DNA of 64,000 nt from a virus, in the IMG/VR virus record IMGVR_UViG_3300045988_160053; one strand, 5' to 3'. A program made the translations under genes and the position numbers. The notes under the pieces are model-generated. The model ran no database searches, had not been told where the DNA came from, and saw only the letters and a list, made by a program, of their open reading frames with translations. Below, piece by piece: positions 10,544 to 19,837 of this stretch (positions are counted from its first letter, which is position 1; every line of letters starts with the position of its first letter).

Positions 10544-13438
10544 ATGAAAGAACAATTTCTTAATCTCACTGGATTAACAGAACTGGTTGGTTATTTGAAG
10601 ACAAGTATAGCTAATCATAAAGAAATACTTCCATATGCTTCCAATAAGTTATTTCCGTCTGTTGGAGATATAAATACTATTTATATAAATACTGCTACGA
10701 ATACTATTTATCGTTGGGATAGCTCAAGCAAAACTTATATTACTCTAGCAAAAGCCGTAAAGTCTGTTGCTATTTCAGAAGCTACTGAAAACGGAAAAAT
10801 CACACTCACTGTAGATGGTAATAAAACTACTGTTCCTATTCATGGATTAGGATCTGCTGCATATACAAATTCAAGTGCTTACTCTCCTGCCGGGCATACT
10901 CATACAAAAGCTCAGGTAGGGCTTGGCAATGTAGATAATACTGCCGATGCAAATAAGAGTGTAAAACATGCAACTACTGCTGATAGTGCAACTACTGCAG
11001 GAACAGCTACAAATGTATCCGCTGGAGAAGGTACTGCTGATGCAGCTAGACATGTTTGGTTTTCTGACTCTACCACAGAGACAAAGCGAGTATACAGCGA
11101 TAAGTTTAAATATAATCCTGTTACTAATAATCTGACGGTAAATGTTACAGGAAATGCTGCGACTGCAAGTAGTGTCGCATGGGGTAACATTACAGAAAAA
11201 CCTTCTACCTATACTCCTTCTGCGCATAATCATAATGATTCAACTATTACTTCTCTCAACGCAAGTAAACTCTTTGGAACAATTGATATTGCAAGGCTTC
11301 CTCATGGAGCATTAGAACGTCTGGTTATTGTTGAAGATGATACTGCACGTTTTAAACTTACTACTGCTAATATTCAGCTTGGTGATACCGTAAAAGTAAC
11401 TAAGACTGAAAAAATGTATTATGTTGTTGATGAGAGCAAATTATCTTCTGAGGCTGGTTATTCAGTATATACTGCCGGAACTGCTACTTCTGTACCATGG
11501 TCTGGAGTTACTGAAAAGCCTAGCAGCTATCCACCAGCATCTCATAATCATGATGAACGTTATTATACCGAGACTGAGATGAATAGTAAATTAGCTGAAA
11601 AAGCTACAAAAGTACATACGCATACTAAAAGTGAAGTTGGATTAGGCAACGTTGACAATACTGCTGATGCCACAAAAAGTGTTAAATATGCTATTTCTGC
11701 AGGTAGCGCATCATCTGCCGCTGCTCTTACTTCTAATGCTGGATCATCAACTCAGCCAGTATATTTCTCAGGTGGTAAGCCAGTAGCTTGTTCATATACA
11801 CTTGGTAAGTCAGTGCCTGCAGATGCATTATTTACCGATCATACTTATGGAAACATGAAGGGTGCTACTTCTTCTTCCGCCGGAAGTGCTGGTCTTGTTC
11901 CTGCACCTAATATAGGAGAACAATTAAAATTTCTTCGTGCAGATGGTACATGGGTAATTCCTACAAATACGACATATTCTGTAGGTACATCAAGTTACTT
12001 AGGAATAACTAAGCTTTATACTGAAACTGGGTCGGCTACAGATGGTACCATGACTCAAAATGCTATTACTTCTGCTCTTAACGGGAAATCTCCTACCTCT
12101 CATACGCACAATTATGCAGGAAGTTCTAGTTCTGGTGGTGCTGCAAACTCCGCAAATAAACTAGCAACTGCTAGAACCGTATCTGGTGGAACTGACATCA
12201 CGCTAAGTTTTAACTATGATGGTAGTGGTAACTCCTCTGCAAATATCGGATTTTATAGTTCGTCTGCGAGTGTAGGCGACAAAAACAATTATCCATTCCA
12301 TCGATTCGCAAAACTGGATACTATTGCTGCAAGCTATTCAGATAAATCAACCACATTCTTTATCTCACAGGATTATAGTGGTGGTGGCTTCGGTATTGTA
12401 CGAATTGTATTACGTACGAATAACAGCAGCTTAGCATCGACAGTTGAAGTAAAATGGCTGGTTCGTTGTGGCTTAAGTGCGGATAGCGTACAAGTCGGAA
12501 TTTACAATGTTTTTGGAAAGACTTACGCAGATGCCTTCTTTAAAACAGGAGGATCGTATGCTGGAACTTGTTTCCGTACACTTGCAAGTGGTGCGCGTGG
12601 TGGTATTAGCAGAACTTGGGTGCTGGTCAATTCTTCAGAAGTAAGTGGAACCTCTGCAACAGATGCAAAAACATCTACCGAGTGTTATGCTACTATTGCA
12701 GCTGCTGGTACCGCACTTCATAAACAAGCATATAGTAGTATCGTTTCTGGTACTGATAGCGGTACTGCATCTTATGCGAATAGTGCTGGCAGTGCAAATT
12801 CTGTTGCTTGGGGTAATGTTACAGGTAAGCCATCTACATTCGCACCATCATCTCATACTCATAACTATGCAGGATCCTCTTCTGCTGGCGGTGCTGCTAC
12901 ATCAGCAATTAAATTATCCACACCTAGAAAAATTGGTAACGCATCTTTTGATGGTACTGCTGATATTACCTTATCTCAGATGGGACTTAATGTTCCTGTT
13001 GAAATTACAAAAGCTAACTATCTTGCAAAAAAGAAAGCTGGAACTTTAAATGCAAATACCTATTACAATGTTATTGATGAATATGATTCTGCAAATGTTA
13101 TTAACGACTCATCTGTAACAACCAACAGTACATTTTCAAGTACTAAATCGGAAAAAACATATGCAAAGAAAAGTACACTTGTTAATACTACTCTCACGGC
13201 TAGTAAATGGACTGGTTCCTCTGCTCCGTATACATATGTATTACCTGTATCTGGTGCGACTACTTCAAATATAGTAGAAATTAATTATGCTTCTAATGCA
13301 TCATCTCAAGCAATAGAGGCATATCAGAACGCTATGTTAGCAGATGGAGGGCAGACTACAAATCAGATTACTATAAAAGCAACCGAGAAACCAACTGTAG
13401 ATATTCCCATTACTATTGTTATAAGAAATGATTTATAA
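10544..13438 (+). CDS. tail fibre protein (964 aa) with repeated HxH and GLGNVDNTAD motifs
   Basis: Two copies of HTHTK(A/S)(Q/E)VGLGNVDNTADA(N/T)KSVK(H/Y)A. Three copies of W(G/S)(N/G)(I/V)T(E/G)KPS(T/S)(Y/F)xP(S/A)SH(N/T)H. Two copies of SHTHNYAGSSS(S/A)GGAA. KLATARTVSG / KLSTPRKIGNASFDGTADIT are typical fibre repeat motifs. Confidence 0.85.
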   Translation: MKEQFLNLTGLTELVGYLKTSIANHKEILPYASNKLFPSVGDINTIYINTATNTIYRWDSSSKTYITLAKAVKSVAISEATENGKITLTVDGNKTTVPIHGLGSAAYTNSSAYSPAGHTHTKAQVGLGNVDNTADANKSVKHATTADSATTAGTATNVSAGEGTADAARHVWFSDSTTETKRVYSDKFKYNPVTNNLTVNVTGNAATASSVAWGNITEKPSTYTPSAHNHNDSTITSLNASKLFGTIDIARLPHGALERLVIVEDDTARFKLTTANIQLGDTVKVTKTEKMYYVVDESKLSSEAGYSVYTAGTATSVPWSGVTEKPSSYPPASHNHDERYYTETEMNSKLAEKATKVHTHTKSEVGLGNVDNTADATKSVKYAISAGSASSAAALTSNAGSSTQPVYFSGGKPVACSYTLGKSVPADALFTDHTYGNMKGATSSSAGSAGLVPAPNIGEQLKFLRADGTWVIPTNTTYSVGTSSYLGITKLYTETGSATDGTMTQNAITSALNGKSPTSHTHNYAGSSSSGGAANSANKLATARTVSGGTDITLSFNYDGSGNSSANIGFYSSSASVGDKNNYPFHRFAKLDTIAASYSDKSTTFFISQDYSGGGFGIVRIVLRTNNSSLASTVEVKWLVRCGLSADSVQVGIYNVFGKTYADAFFKTGGSYAGTCFRTLASGARGGISRTWVLVNSSEVSGTSATDAKTSTECYATIAAAGTALHKQAYSSIVSGTDSGTASYANSAGSANSVAWGNVTGKPSTFAPSSHTHNYAGSSSAGGAATSAIKLSTPRKIGNASFDGTADITLSQMGLNVPVEITKANYLAKKKAGTLNANTYYNVIDEYDSANVINDSSVTTNSTFSSTKSEKTYAKKSTLVNTTLTASKWTGSSAPYTYVLPVSGATTSNIVEINYASNASSQAIEAYQNAMLADGGQTTNQITIKATEKPTVDIPITIVIRNDL

Positions 13439-13452
13439 AAGGAGGCGATAAC

Positions 13453-13995
13453 ATGGCAATTTACAAAGGTGAACAATGTCTTGCTGGAGTTGGTAAGAAT
13501 GCAACTATTAAAATTGGTACTGCTAAAACAGGTACTTCGGCTGCAGTAACCAATTCTGGTACAGATACAGATGCAATATTAAATTTTACACTGCCCAAAG
13601 GTGATCAGGGAGTTGGTATTTCAAGTGTTATCCCTCATTATCTTGCAAGTTCTAAATCGCAGGGAGTGACCAGATCAACTACTGGATGGGCGACTTCCGC
13701 TCAGGTTATGACATCTACAAACAAATATTTGTGGTGCTATCATGAATTTGTTTTATCAAATAATAATCATCTGTATACAAATGCAACCGTTATAGGTGTT
13801 TATGGAGATAAAGGTGATCCGGGCACAACTGATTACAATGGATTACAGAATAAACCGGTCGTTAATGGAGCTGTAACTGCTTATCAGTCAGATATTATGA
13901 AATCTCAGTTAAGGAATGTGACATTCTCTACTGAAGAACCTAAAATAACTGATGGTAAACCTGGTGATATGTGGGTGGTGTATGGCGATGAGTAA
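13453..13995 (+). CDS. small fibre-associated protein (180 aa), cassette 1 adaptor
   Basis: AAGGAGG RBS. The GDKGDPG and C-terminal STEEPKITDGKPGDMWVVY motifs are paralogous to the C-terminus of the 91-aa ORF at 16634. Confidence 0.65.
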   Translation: MAIYKGEQCLAGVGKNATIKIGTAKTGTSAAVTNSGTDTDAILNFTLPKGDQGVGISSVIPHYLASSKSQGVTRSTTGWATSAQVMTSTNKYLWCYHEFVLSNNNHLYTNATVIGVYGDKGDPGTTDYNGLQNKPVVNGAVTAYQSDIMKSQLRNVTFSTEEPKITDGKPGDMWVVYGDE

Positions 13996-16618
13996 TATTA
14001 AAACTGGTGATATTTTAAACTTTGATTATACTGGTACTGTCCAAACTGTAACACTTCCTAAAGGTACATATAAGTTGGAGTGTTGGGGTGCTCAAGGAGG
14101 ATACAGTTCTTCTAATTCAGGAATAGAGGTTGGTATGGGCGGAAAAGGTGGATACTCCGCTGGAACTATTACACTAAACCAAAAAACACTTATATATATT
14201 TATACTGGTGGAGTTGGTAGCATAAGTGGCAACGGTAAAGCAGATGGTGGATTTCCTAATGGTGGTTCATCTTGGGCTTCCAGCACAAGCGAAGGTGCTG
14301 GTGGTGGCGGTGGATCATCCGATATCCGTATTGGTACCGATTCATTGTATGCTCGTGTTATCGTAGCTGGAGGTGGCGGAGGTGGCGGTGAAGACAACGA
14401 AACTGGCGGATATGGTGGCGGTGAAACTGGCGGAACTTCAGGTTCTGGAACACCTGGTAGTCAAACTGCTCCAAGTGGATATTTTGGAATCGGCGGTCAT
14501 ACTTCCTATGATGGTGGAGGTGGTGGCGGTGGATGGTATGGTGCTGATCCAGCCGGTGGTCAAACAACTCCAGCTACCGGTAGCAGTGGAAGTGACACAT
14601 CTGGCTCTCCTGGAGGATCTGGTTACGTTTATACTTCTGCTACAGCCTCTAATTACCCGTCAGGTTGTTTATTAAACTCTTCTTATTACTTATCTGCTGC
14701 TAAAACCATAGCAGGTAACACTTCTTTTACATCTCCCACAGGTTCATCTGAGACAGGGCACTCTGGGAACGGCTATTGTCGAATTACTGTTATTGAATGC
14801 AAGAATACGGCGCTATATACCAGAATAAACAATTCAATGAAAAAGGCTACTGCTTTTTATTTCAAATTAAATAATAACAAAATGTACGGCGTTGGATCTG
14901 CTAATTATAATGGTTCTGTTATGAATTTTGATTATACTGGTTCGGTTCAAACTGTTACATTGGCTCCTGGTACATATAAACTTGAATGCTGGGGCGCTCA
15001 AGGTGGGAATGGATCATCTAATGGTAATTCTAATATAAATGCAGTTGGTGGTCTTGGTGGATATAGTGTTGGCACCATTACATTAAGTAAAACACAAAAA
15101 GTATATATATATTCTGGTGGAAAAGGACAAACTAAATCAAATACCGGTAGCTATTCTACTGTTAATGGTGGATTTAACGGCGGTGGGTCAAATTATACTT
15201 GTGGTTCCGGAGGTTCTGGTGGCGGTGGATCGGATATAAGGATCGGAACTGATTCATTATATGCAAGAGTAATTGTTGCAGGCGGCGGTTCTGGAACAGG
15301 ATGGACAATTAAAGGTGCCGCTGGCGGTGGAATATTAGGCTTATCAAACTATAATTCATCTTACAATAGTACTCAAACAGCAGGAGGAATAGCTTATACT
15401 TCAGCTTACAATATAATGCCCACAGCTGGCACTTTTGGTATAGGTGGCAATGGTTCCGGTTCTTCAGAAGGCGGTTCTGGCGGTGGAGGCGGCTGGTATG
15501 GAGGTGGCGGAGCCGGATATACGGGCGGTTCTAGTGGTGGATCAGGTTATGTCTACACTTCTGTCACTGCTTCAAATTATCCAAATGGTTGTTTACTTAA
15601 CTCTTCTTATTATCTTTCTAATGCTCAAACTATTGCCGGAGATCAATCGTTCCCTGCTCCTTCTGGTTCTACAGAAACTGGTCATTCTGGTAATGGACAT
15701 GTAAAAATCACTAAATTATCAGATGTAATATATCTTACTCATGCTAAGAACAACATAATGGATTTTAATTATACAGGTTCAGTACAATCTAAAACTCTAA
15801 AACCAGGTACGTATACAATAGAATGCTGGGGTGGCCAAGGAGGAACTTACAGTAGTTACATAGGCGGATACGGTGGTTATTCCAAGGGTACTATTACTCT
15901 TACTGAAGCAACTACTGTTTATATATCTGTTGGTGGGGCTGGATCTTCCTCTTCTACTGCTGCAGGATTCAATGGTGGAGGAACTGGTATTTCTTCTGGT
16001 AGAGGTGGTGGAGGAGCTACAGATGTTCGTATAGGTCAAAATTCTCTATATTCAAGAGTTATCGTAGCCGGAGGTGGCGGCGGAGCTGGTGTAACAAGTG
16101 CCAATGCTAATCCTTGTGGTTGTGGCGGTGGAGAATATGGTGGAGATGGATATTACAATGATACCACTGGTTCTTATACTATAGGTCAAAATAGATGTGG
16201 TGGTAGTGCCTCACAAACTGCAGGTGGCAAAACATGGAGCACGAGCACTCAGGCTACTTTTGGTCAAGGCGGAAATGCTTCAGGCTACTCTTGTGGTGGT
16301 GGCGGAGGCGGCTGGTATGGCGGTGGTGGAGCCTATGACAGTGATTCTGACTCTGATGGACGTTGGGGTGGAGGAGGCTCAGGATATGTTTATACCTCTT
16401 CTACAGCTAAAAATTACCCTAACGGATGTCTACTAAATTCTACTCATTATCTCACAAATGCTCAGACTATCGCAGGAAACACTTCTTTTACTTCTCCTAC
16501 AGGATCAGCAGAAACTGGTCACACAGGCAGTGGATTCTGCAGAATTACAAATTTGAACCCAACACAATATGGATTATACGTAAAAACGAACTCTGGTTGG
16601 AAACACATAGATTTATAA
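13982..16618 (+). CDS. fibre protein with three tandem glycine-rich (ALK/LTK Gly_rich-type) domains
   Basis: The track ORF starts at 13952. ATG at 13982 or 13988 is more likely, giving a 14-nt overlap with the upstream stop. Three modules of about 265 aa (about 14015-14797, 14918-15718, 15755-16555) each contain NFDYTGxxQxxTLxPGTYKLECWGAQGG, GGxGGYSxGTITL, IYIYxGG, GGFNGGG, GGGGSDIRIG, LYARVIVAGGGGG, GGGGGGWYG, GGSGYVYTS, NYPxGCLLNSxYYL and ETGHxGNGxCRIT. Confidence 0.8.
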   Translation: MAMSNIKTGDILNFDYTGTVQTVTLPKGTYKLECWGAQGGYSSSNSGIEVGMGGKGGYSAGTITLNQKTLIYIYTGGVGSISGNGKADGGFPNGGSSWASSTSEGAGGGGGSSDIRIGTDSLYARVIVAGGGGGGGEDNETGGYGGGETGGTSGSGTPGSQTAPSGYFGIGGHTSYDGGGGGGGWYGADPAGGQTTPATGSSGSDTSGSPGGSGYVYTSATASNYPSGCLLNSSYYLSAAKTIAGNTSFTSPTGSSETGHSGNGYCRITVIECKNTALYTRINNSMKKATAFYFKLNNNKMYGVGSANYNGSVMNFDYTGSVQTVTLAPGTYKLECWGAQGGNGSSNGNSNINAVGGLGGYSVGTITLSKTQKVYIYSGGKGQTKSNTGSYSTVNGGFNGGGSNYTCGSGGSGGGGSDIRIGTDSLYARVIVAGGGSGTGWTIKGAAGGGILGLSNYNSSYNSTQTAGGIAYTSAYNIMPTAGTFGIGGNGSGSSEGGSGGGGGWYGGGGAGYTGGSSGGSGYVYTSVTASNYPNGCLLNSSYYLSNAQTIAGDQSFPAPSGSTETGHSGNGHVKITKLSDVIYLTHAKNNIMDFNYTGSVQSKTLKPGTYTIECWGGQGGTYSSYIGGYGGYSKGTITLTEATTVYISVGGAGSSSSTAAGFNGGGTGISSGRGGGGATDVRIGQNSLYSRVIVAGGGGGAGVTSANANPCGCGGGEYGGDGYYNDTTGSYTIGQNRCGGSASQTAGGKTWSTSTQATFGQGGNASGYSCGGGGGGWYGGGGAYDSDSDSDGRWGGGGSGYVYTSSTAKNYPNGCLLNSTHYLTNAQTIAGNTSFTSPTGSAETGHTGSGFCRITNLNPTQYGLYVKTNSGWKHIDL

Positions 16619-16633
16619 AAGGAGGGCTTAACT

Positions 16634-16909
16634 ATGCCGATTATATTTCACGGAACAGGTAGTGGCGGCTCTGCTAAAAAACTAAAAACCGCACGAACTA
16701 TTAATGGTACGAATTTTGATGGTACAGCTAATATTACTACTGCTAATTGGGGAACAACAAGAACCGTTACTGTAGGAAATACAAGTAAATCTGTAAATGG
16801 ATCTGGAAACGTAAGTTGGTCGTTAGCTGAAATAGGTATTCATCTTTCAACAACGGAACCTGCAGCTAGTGACGGAAAAAATGGAGATATTTGGATTACT
16901 TATGAATAA
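16634..16909 (+). CDS. small fibre-associated protein (91 aa), cassette 2 adaptor
   Basis: AAGGAGGG RBS. Carries the fibre repeat motif KKLKTARTINGTNFDGTANITT. The C-terminus STTEPAASDGKNGDIWITYE is paralogous to the end of ORF 13453. Confidence 0.7.
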   Translation: MPIIFHGTGSGGSAKKLKTARTINGTNFDGTANITTANWGTTRTVTVGNTSKSVNGSGNVSWSLAEIGIHLSTTEPAASDGKNGDIWITYE

Positions 16910-16933
16910 AAGACTGAAAGGAAGGTGAGGCTT

Positions 16934-19375
16934 ATGGCTTGTAGTAATGGATGTGGAACTTCTTGTTCTACTGACTGCACTCATTCATCATCTGGTGGAT
17001 GTGGTGGTTCTTGTGGTGGTTCTTGCTCTACTAACTGTACTGGTGGATGTTCTGGATATTGTGATGGAACTTGTAAGGGAGGTTCAGGAAGTACTTGTTC
17101 TGACTGTACTGCCAAATGTGCTAATGACTGTACCGGAGCTTGTACAAATGCTTGTGTAACCGGATGCACTGGCTGTGGGAACAACTGTGATGGAGACTGT
17201 ACAAGCGCCTGTGCTCAAAGGTGCTCTAATGATTGCAATGCTGCATGTACTGCTACTTGTGCTTATGATTGCGAACATACTTGCACTGCTTCTTGTGCCA
17301 ACGACTGCACCAGTTGTGGTGGATCTTGCTCAAGTAATTGCTCAGGAAATTGTGATTCCGGTTGTTATACTGGTTGTTATGGTTGTGATTCTACCTGTTC
17401 TGGTGGTTGTTCTGGCACTTGTAATACTACTTGCACTACCACTTGCGCCAATGACTGCACTGGCGGGTGCAAAGGAACCTGTACAGGTGGATGTGGTGGT
17501 TCTTGTGATAATTCATGCGGCTTTTCTTGTGAAGCTTCATGTGATAACAATTGTACTGCTGTTTGTTCTGTATCTTCTGTGTATGGTGGAAACTCAGAGA
17601 AGAGTGTATTGAATTTTGCTTATACAGGTAAAGCTCAATCTGTAACCCTTGAGCCTGGAAAATATGTTCTTGAATGTTGGGGAGCACAGGGAGGTTATCG
17701 TTCTAATTCTAGTTATGGTGGAAAAGGTGGCTATTCTACAGGGACTTTAACATTGACTCAAAAAACTACTATATACATATATGTCGGTGGATCTGGAAAT
17801 TCTGTTACATCAGCATCAAATTCAATCTATCCCGGAGGTTTCAATGGTGGTGGATATAGATACAATTATAAAGGTGGTGGTGGCGCTACTGATATTCGTA
17901 TTGGAAGTGCTTCTTTATATGCCCGTGTTATCGTTGCAGGTGGCGGTGGTTCTGATGGTAGTCCTAATTATAGTGGTGGGTATGCAGGTGGTGTATCTGG
18001 TACTAGGGGAAATTTTGGATGTGGTTCATATGGATATGGTGGATCTCAAACTGCTTCATATTCATCTTTAAGTGCTATTAATTCACAAGGCACCACAAAT
18101 TCTTCTTCTAACTGTGCTGCTGGTTTTGGTTTCGGTGGTTTTGGATGTTATTACGCTTCAGGTTACGGTGGAGCCGGTGGCGGAGGATGGTACGGTGGAC
18201 AAGGTACTTATCCTGATGGTTCTGGAGATGATGATGGCGGTGGCGGAGGTGGATCTGGTTACGTTTATACTTCCTCTTCTGCTTCTAACTATCCTCAAGG
18301 CTGTCTCCTAAATTCATCTTACTATCTTTCTGATGCTTCTAATTTATCTGGCAATGAATCTTTCAAATCTCCTTCTGGTGCTACAGAAACTGGTCATTCT
18401 GATAATGGCTATTGTAGGATTACCTGTTATGTCAAAAAGAAAACTCTACATTGTAAAATGAACAATGAAATTAAAAAAGCAGCTCCAGTATTTATGAAAA
18501 TGAACAATAAAATTTATGATGCTGGCGCTAATGCTGTAATGGATTTTGCTTATACAGGAACAGCTCAAGCTATATCACTTCCAAGAGGAAAATATATTAT
18601 AGAATGCTGGGGCGCTCAAGGCGGTTCATATAGTAGTTATTATGGTGGTGCTGGAGGATATTCTGTCGGAACCATAACTCTAACTAAAAATTCTACGGAT
18701 TTATATATTTATGTTGGTGGACAACCAGAAGCTACAACTTCAACAGGTGAAACACCTGGTGGATTTAACGGAGGAGGAAAAGGTTGTTCAAGAACTTATA
18801 ATTATAGTAGTTATGGACAAGGTGGCGGCGGTGCAACCGATGTTCGTATAGGAAAAAATGATCTTTATGCTAGAGTTATTGTCGCTGGTGGCGGCGGAGG
18901 TTCATCATCAGAAAATTCGCTTACAACAAAATATGGCGGTGGAACTACTGGTGGTTCTTCTGCTTCTGGATATGGAGCTACACAAACTGCTGCAGGTACA
19001 AATGGTTCGTTTGGTCAAGGTGGTTCTGCAACAACTTCTGGAACTAATTATAATTATGGTTCCGGCGGTGGTGGAGGTGGATGGTATGGTGGTGGTGCAT
19101 GTTCTGATTATAGTGACAGCACTAACTACCGAGGCTATAATGGCGGAGGTTCAGGATATGTTTACACTTCAGCTACTGCTGCTAATTATCCAAGTGGTAA
19201 TTATGTAAATTCTTCTTACTACCTTACCAATGCGCAAACTATAGCAGGAAATCAATCATTTAAATCACCTGATGGAACAAATGAAACAGGCCATACCGGA
19301 AATGGTTTCTGTCGAATCACCCGTAAATCAGGAAAAATATTTGTAAAACAAAACGGTTCATGGATCAAAGTATAA
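16934..19375 (+). CDS. fibre protein: N-terminal CXXX (Cys-every-4th) repeat domain + two glycine-rich domains
   Basis: The track start at 16925 is a GTG. The ATG at 16934 has a GGAAGGTGAGG RBS. Residues 3-211 (16940-17566) hold about 52 Cys, almost all spaced C-x3-C. Gly-rich modules 4 (about 17605-18430) and 5 (about 18536-19327) share all motifs of the preceding protein. Confidence 0.85.
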   Translation: MACSNGCGTSCSTDCTHSSSGGCGGSCGGSCSTNCTGGCSGYCDGTCKGGSGSTCSDCTAKCANDCTGACTNACVTGCTGCGNNCDGDCTSACAQRCSNDCNAACTATCAYDCEHTCTASCANDCTSCGGSCSSNCSGNCDSGCYTGCYGCDSTCSGGCSGTCNTTCTTTCANDCTGGCKGTCTGGCGGSCDNSCGFSCEASCDNNCTAVCSVSSVYGGNSEKSVLNFAYTGKAQSVTLEPGKYVLECWGAQGGYRSNSSYGGKGGYSTGTLTLTQKTTIYIYVGGSGNSVTSASNSIYPGGFNGGGYRYNYKGGGGATDIRIGSASLYARVIVAGGGGSDGSPNYSGGYAGGVSGTRGNFGCGSYGYGGSQTASYSSLSAINSQGTTNSSSNCAAGFGFGGFGCYYASGYGGAGGGGWYGGQGTYPDGSGDDDGGGGGGSGYVYTSSSASNYPQGCLLNSSYYLSDASNLSGNESFKSPSGATETGHSDNGYCRITCYVKKKTLHCKMNNEIKKAAPVFMKMNNKIYDAGANAVMDFAYTGTAQAISLPRGKYIIECWGAQGGSYSSYYGGAGGYSVGTITLTKNSTDLYIYVGGQPEATTSTGETPGGFNGGGKGCSRTYNYSSYGQGGGGATDVRIGKNDLYARVIVAGGGGGSSSENSLTTKYGGGTTGGSSASGYGATQTAAGTNGSFGQGGSATTSGTNYNYGSGGGGGGWYGGGACSDYSDSTNYRGYNGGGSGYVYTSATAANYPSGNYVNSSYYLTNAQTIAGNQSFKSPDGTNETGHTGNGFCRITRKSGKIFVKQNGSWIKV

Positions 19376-19413
19376 CACTTTGGTCCATATTTAAATTACG
19401 AGGAGGAATTGTT

Positions 19414-19812
19414 ATGAAACTTATTTTTAAAGACGGACAAGAATTAGTTATTACTCGTGCTAACGATACATATTCATATGAAGGATATAAAGATGGGTTA
19501 GGAAATGATATGAACAAAAATATTGTAGCTACTATTTCTATCTTCAATTCTGATAAATCTTTAAACACTATTAAGGATATGATTACTGATGACAATAGAA
19601 CAGGTTTTAAAATTATTTATGGGAATACCCAGAAAGATTATACTGGAATGAAAATTGAAAGTATTTCAGAAGAAATCTCCAATGAAAGAAGTGTTATTAA
19701 TATCTCATTAGCTACAGATAAAACCATAGCTCCTACTGAGACCACTGGAACAACAACAGAAAAAACTAAAGAAGAAACTAAAGAAAAAACGGAAACAGCT
19801 TCTGATAAATAA
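19414..19812 (+). CDS. hypothetical protein (132 aa) with T/E/K-rich tail
   Basis: The track ORF begins at 19360, but the ATG at 19414 is preceded by an AGGAGG RBS (19401-19406). No recognisable domain. Confidence 0.6.
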   Translation: MKLIFKDGQELVITRANDTYSYEGYKDGLGNDMNKNIVATISIFNSDKSLNTIKDMITDDNRTGFKIIYGNTQKDYTGMKIESISEEISNERSVINISLATDKTIAPTETTGTTTEKTKEETKEKTETASDK

Positions 19813-19837
19813 TTAAGAATGAAAGGAATATAAGGAT

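Noticed and set aside
14200-16436. Antisense and alternate-frame ORFs inside the Gly-rich genes, for example 14200-14397 (-) with a PPPPPPP run, 14358-14567 (-), 14373-14675 (+), 15444-15704 (+), 15797-16039 (-) and 16197-16436 (+).
   Set aside because: They are by-products of GGT/GGC/GGA codon runs, which give Pro- or Val/Ala-rich nonsense in other frames. They have no RBS and are fully nested in a strongly motif-supported ORF.
16940-17566. The 12-nt periodicity could look like a CRISPR array or a minisatellite.
   Set aside because: There is no repeat-spacer architecture and the units are not identical at DNA level. The periodicity is a codon-level Cys-x3 pattern inside a long ORF with an RBS.
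16947-19208. Alternate-frame ORFs across the CXXX and Gly-rich regions of the 813-aa gene: 16947-17159, 16981-17184, 17084-17278, 17175-17612, 17436-17687, 17781-18311 and 18858-19208.
   Set aside because: Same low-complexity artefact. The main frame alone carries the periodic Cys pattern and the conserved domain motifs.
13453-19375. Possible diversity-generating retroelement (template/variable repeat) acting on the repeated fibre modules.
   Set aside because: There is no reverse transcriptase gene in the window. Differences between modules are spread over all base types and include indels, not adenine-specific substitutions in a short C-terminal variable region.
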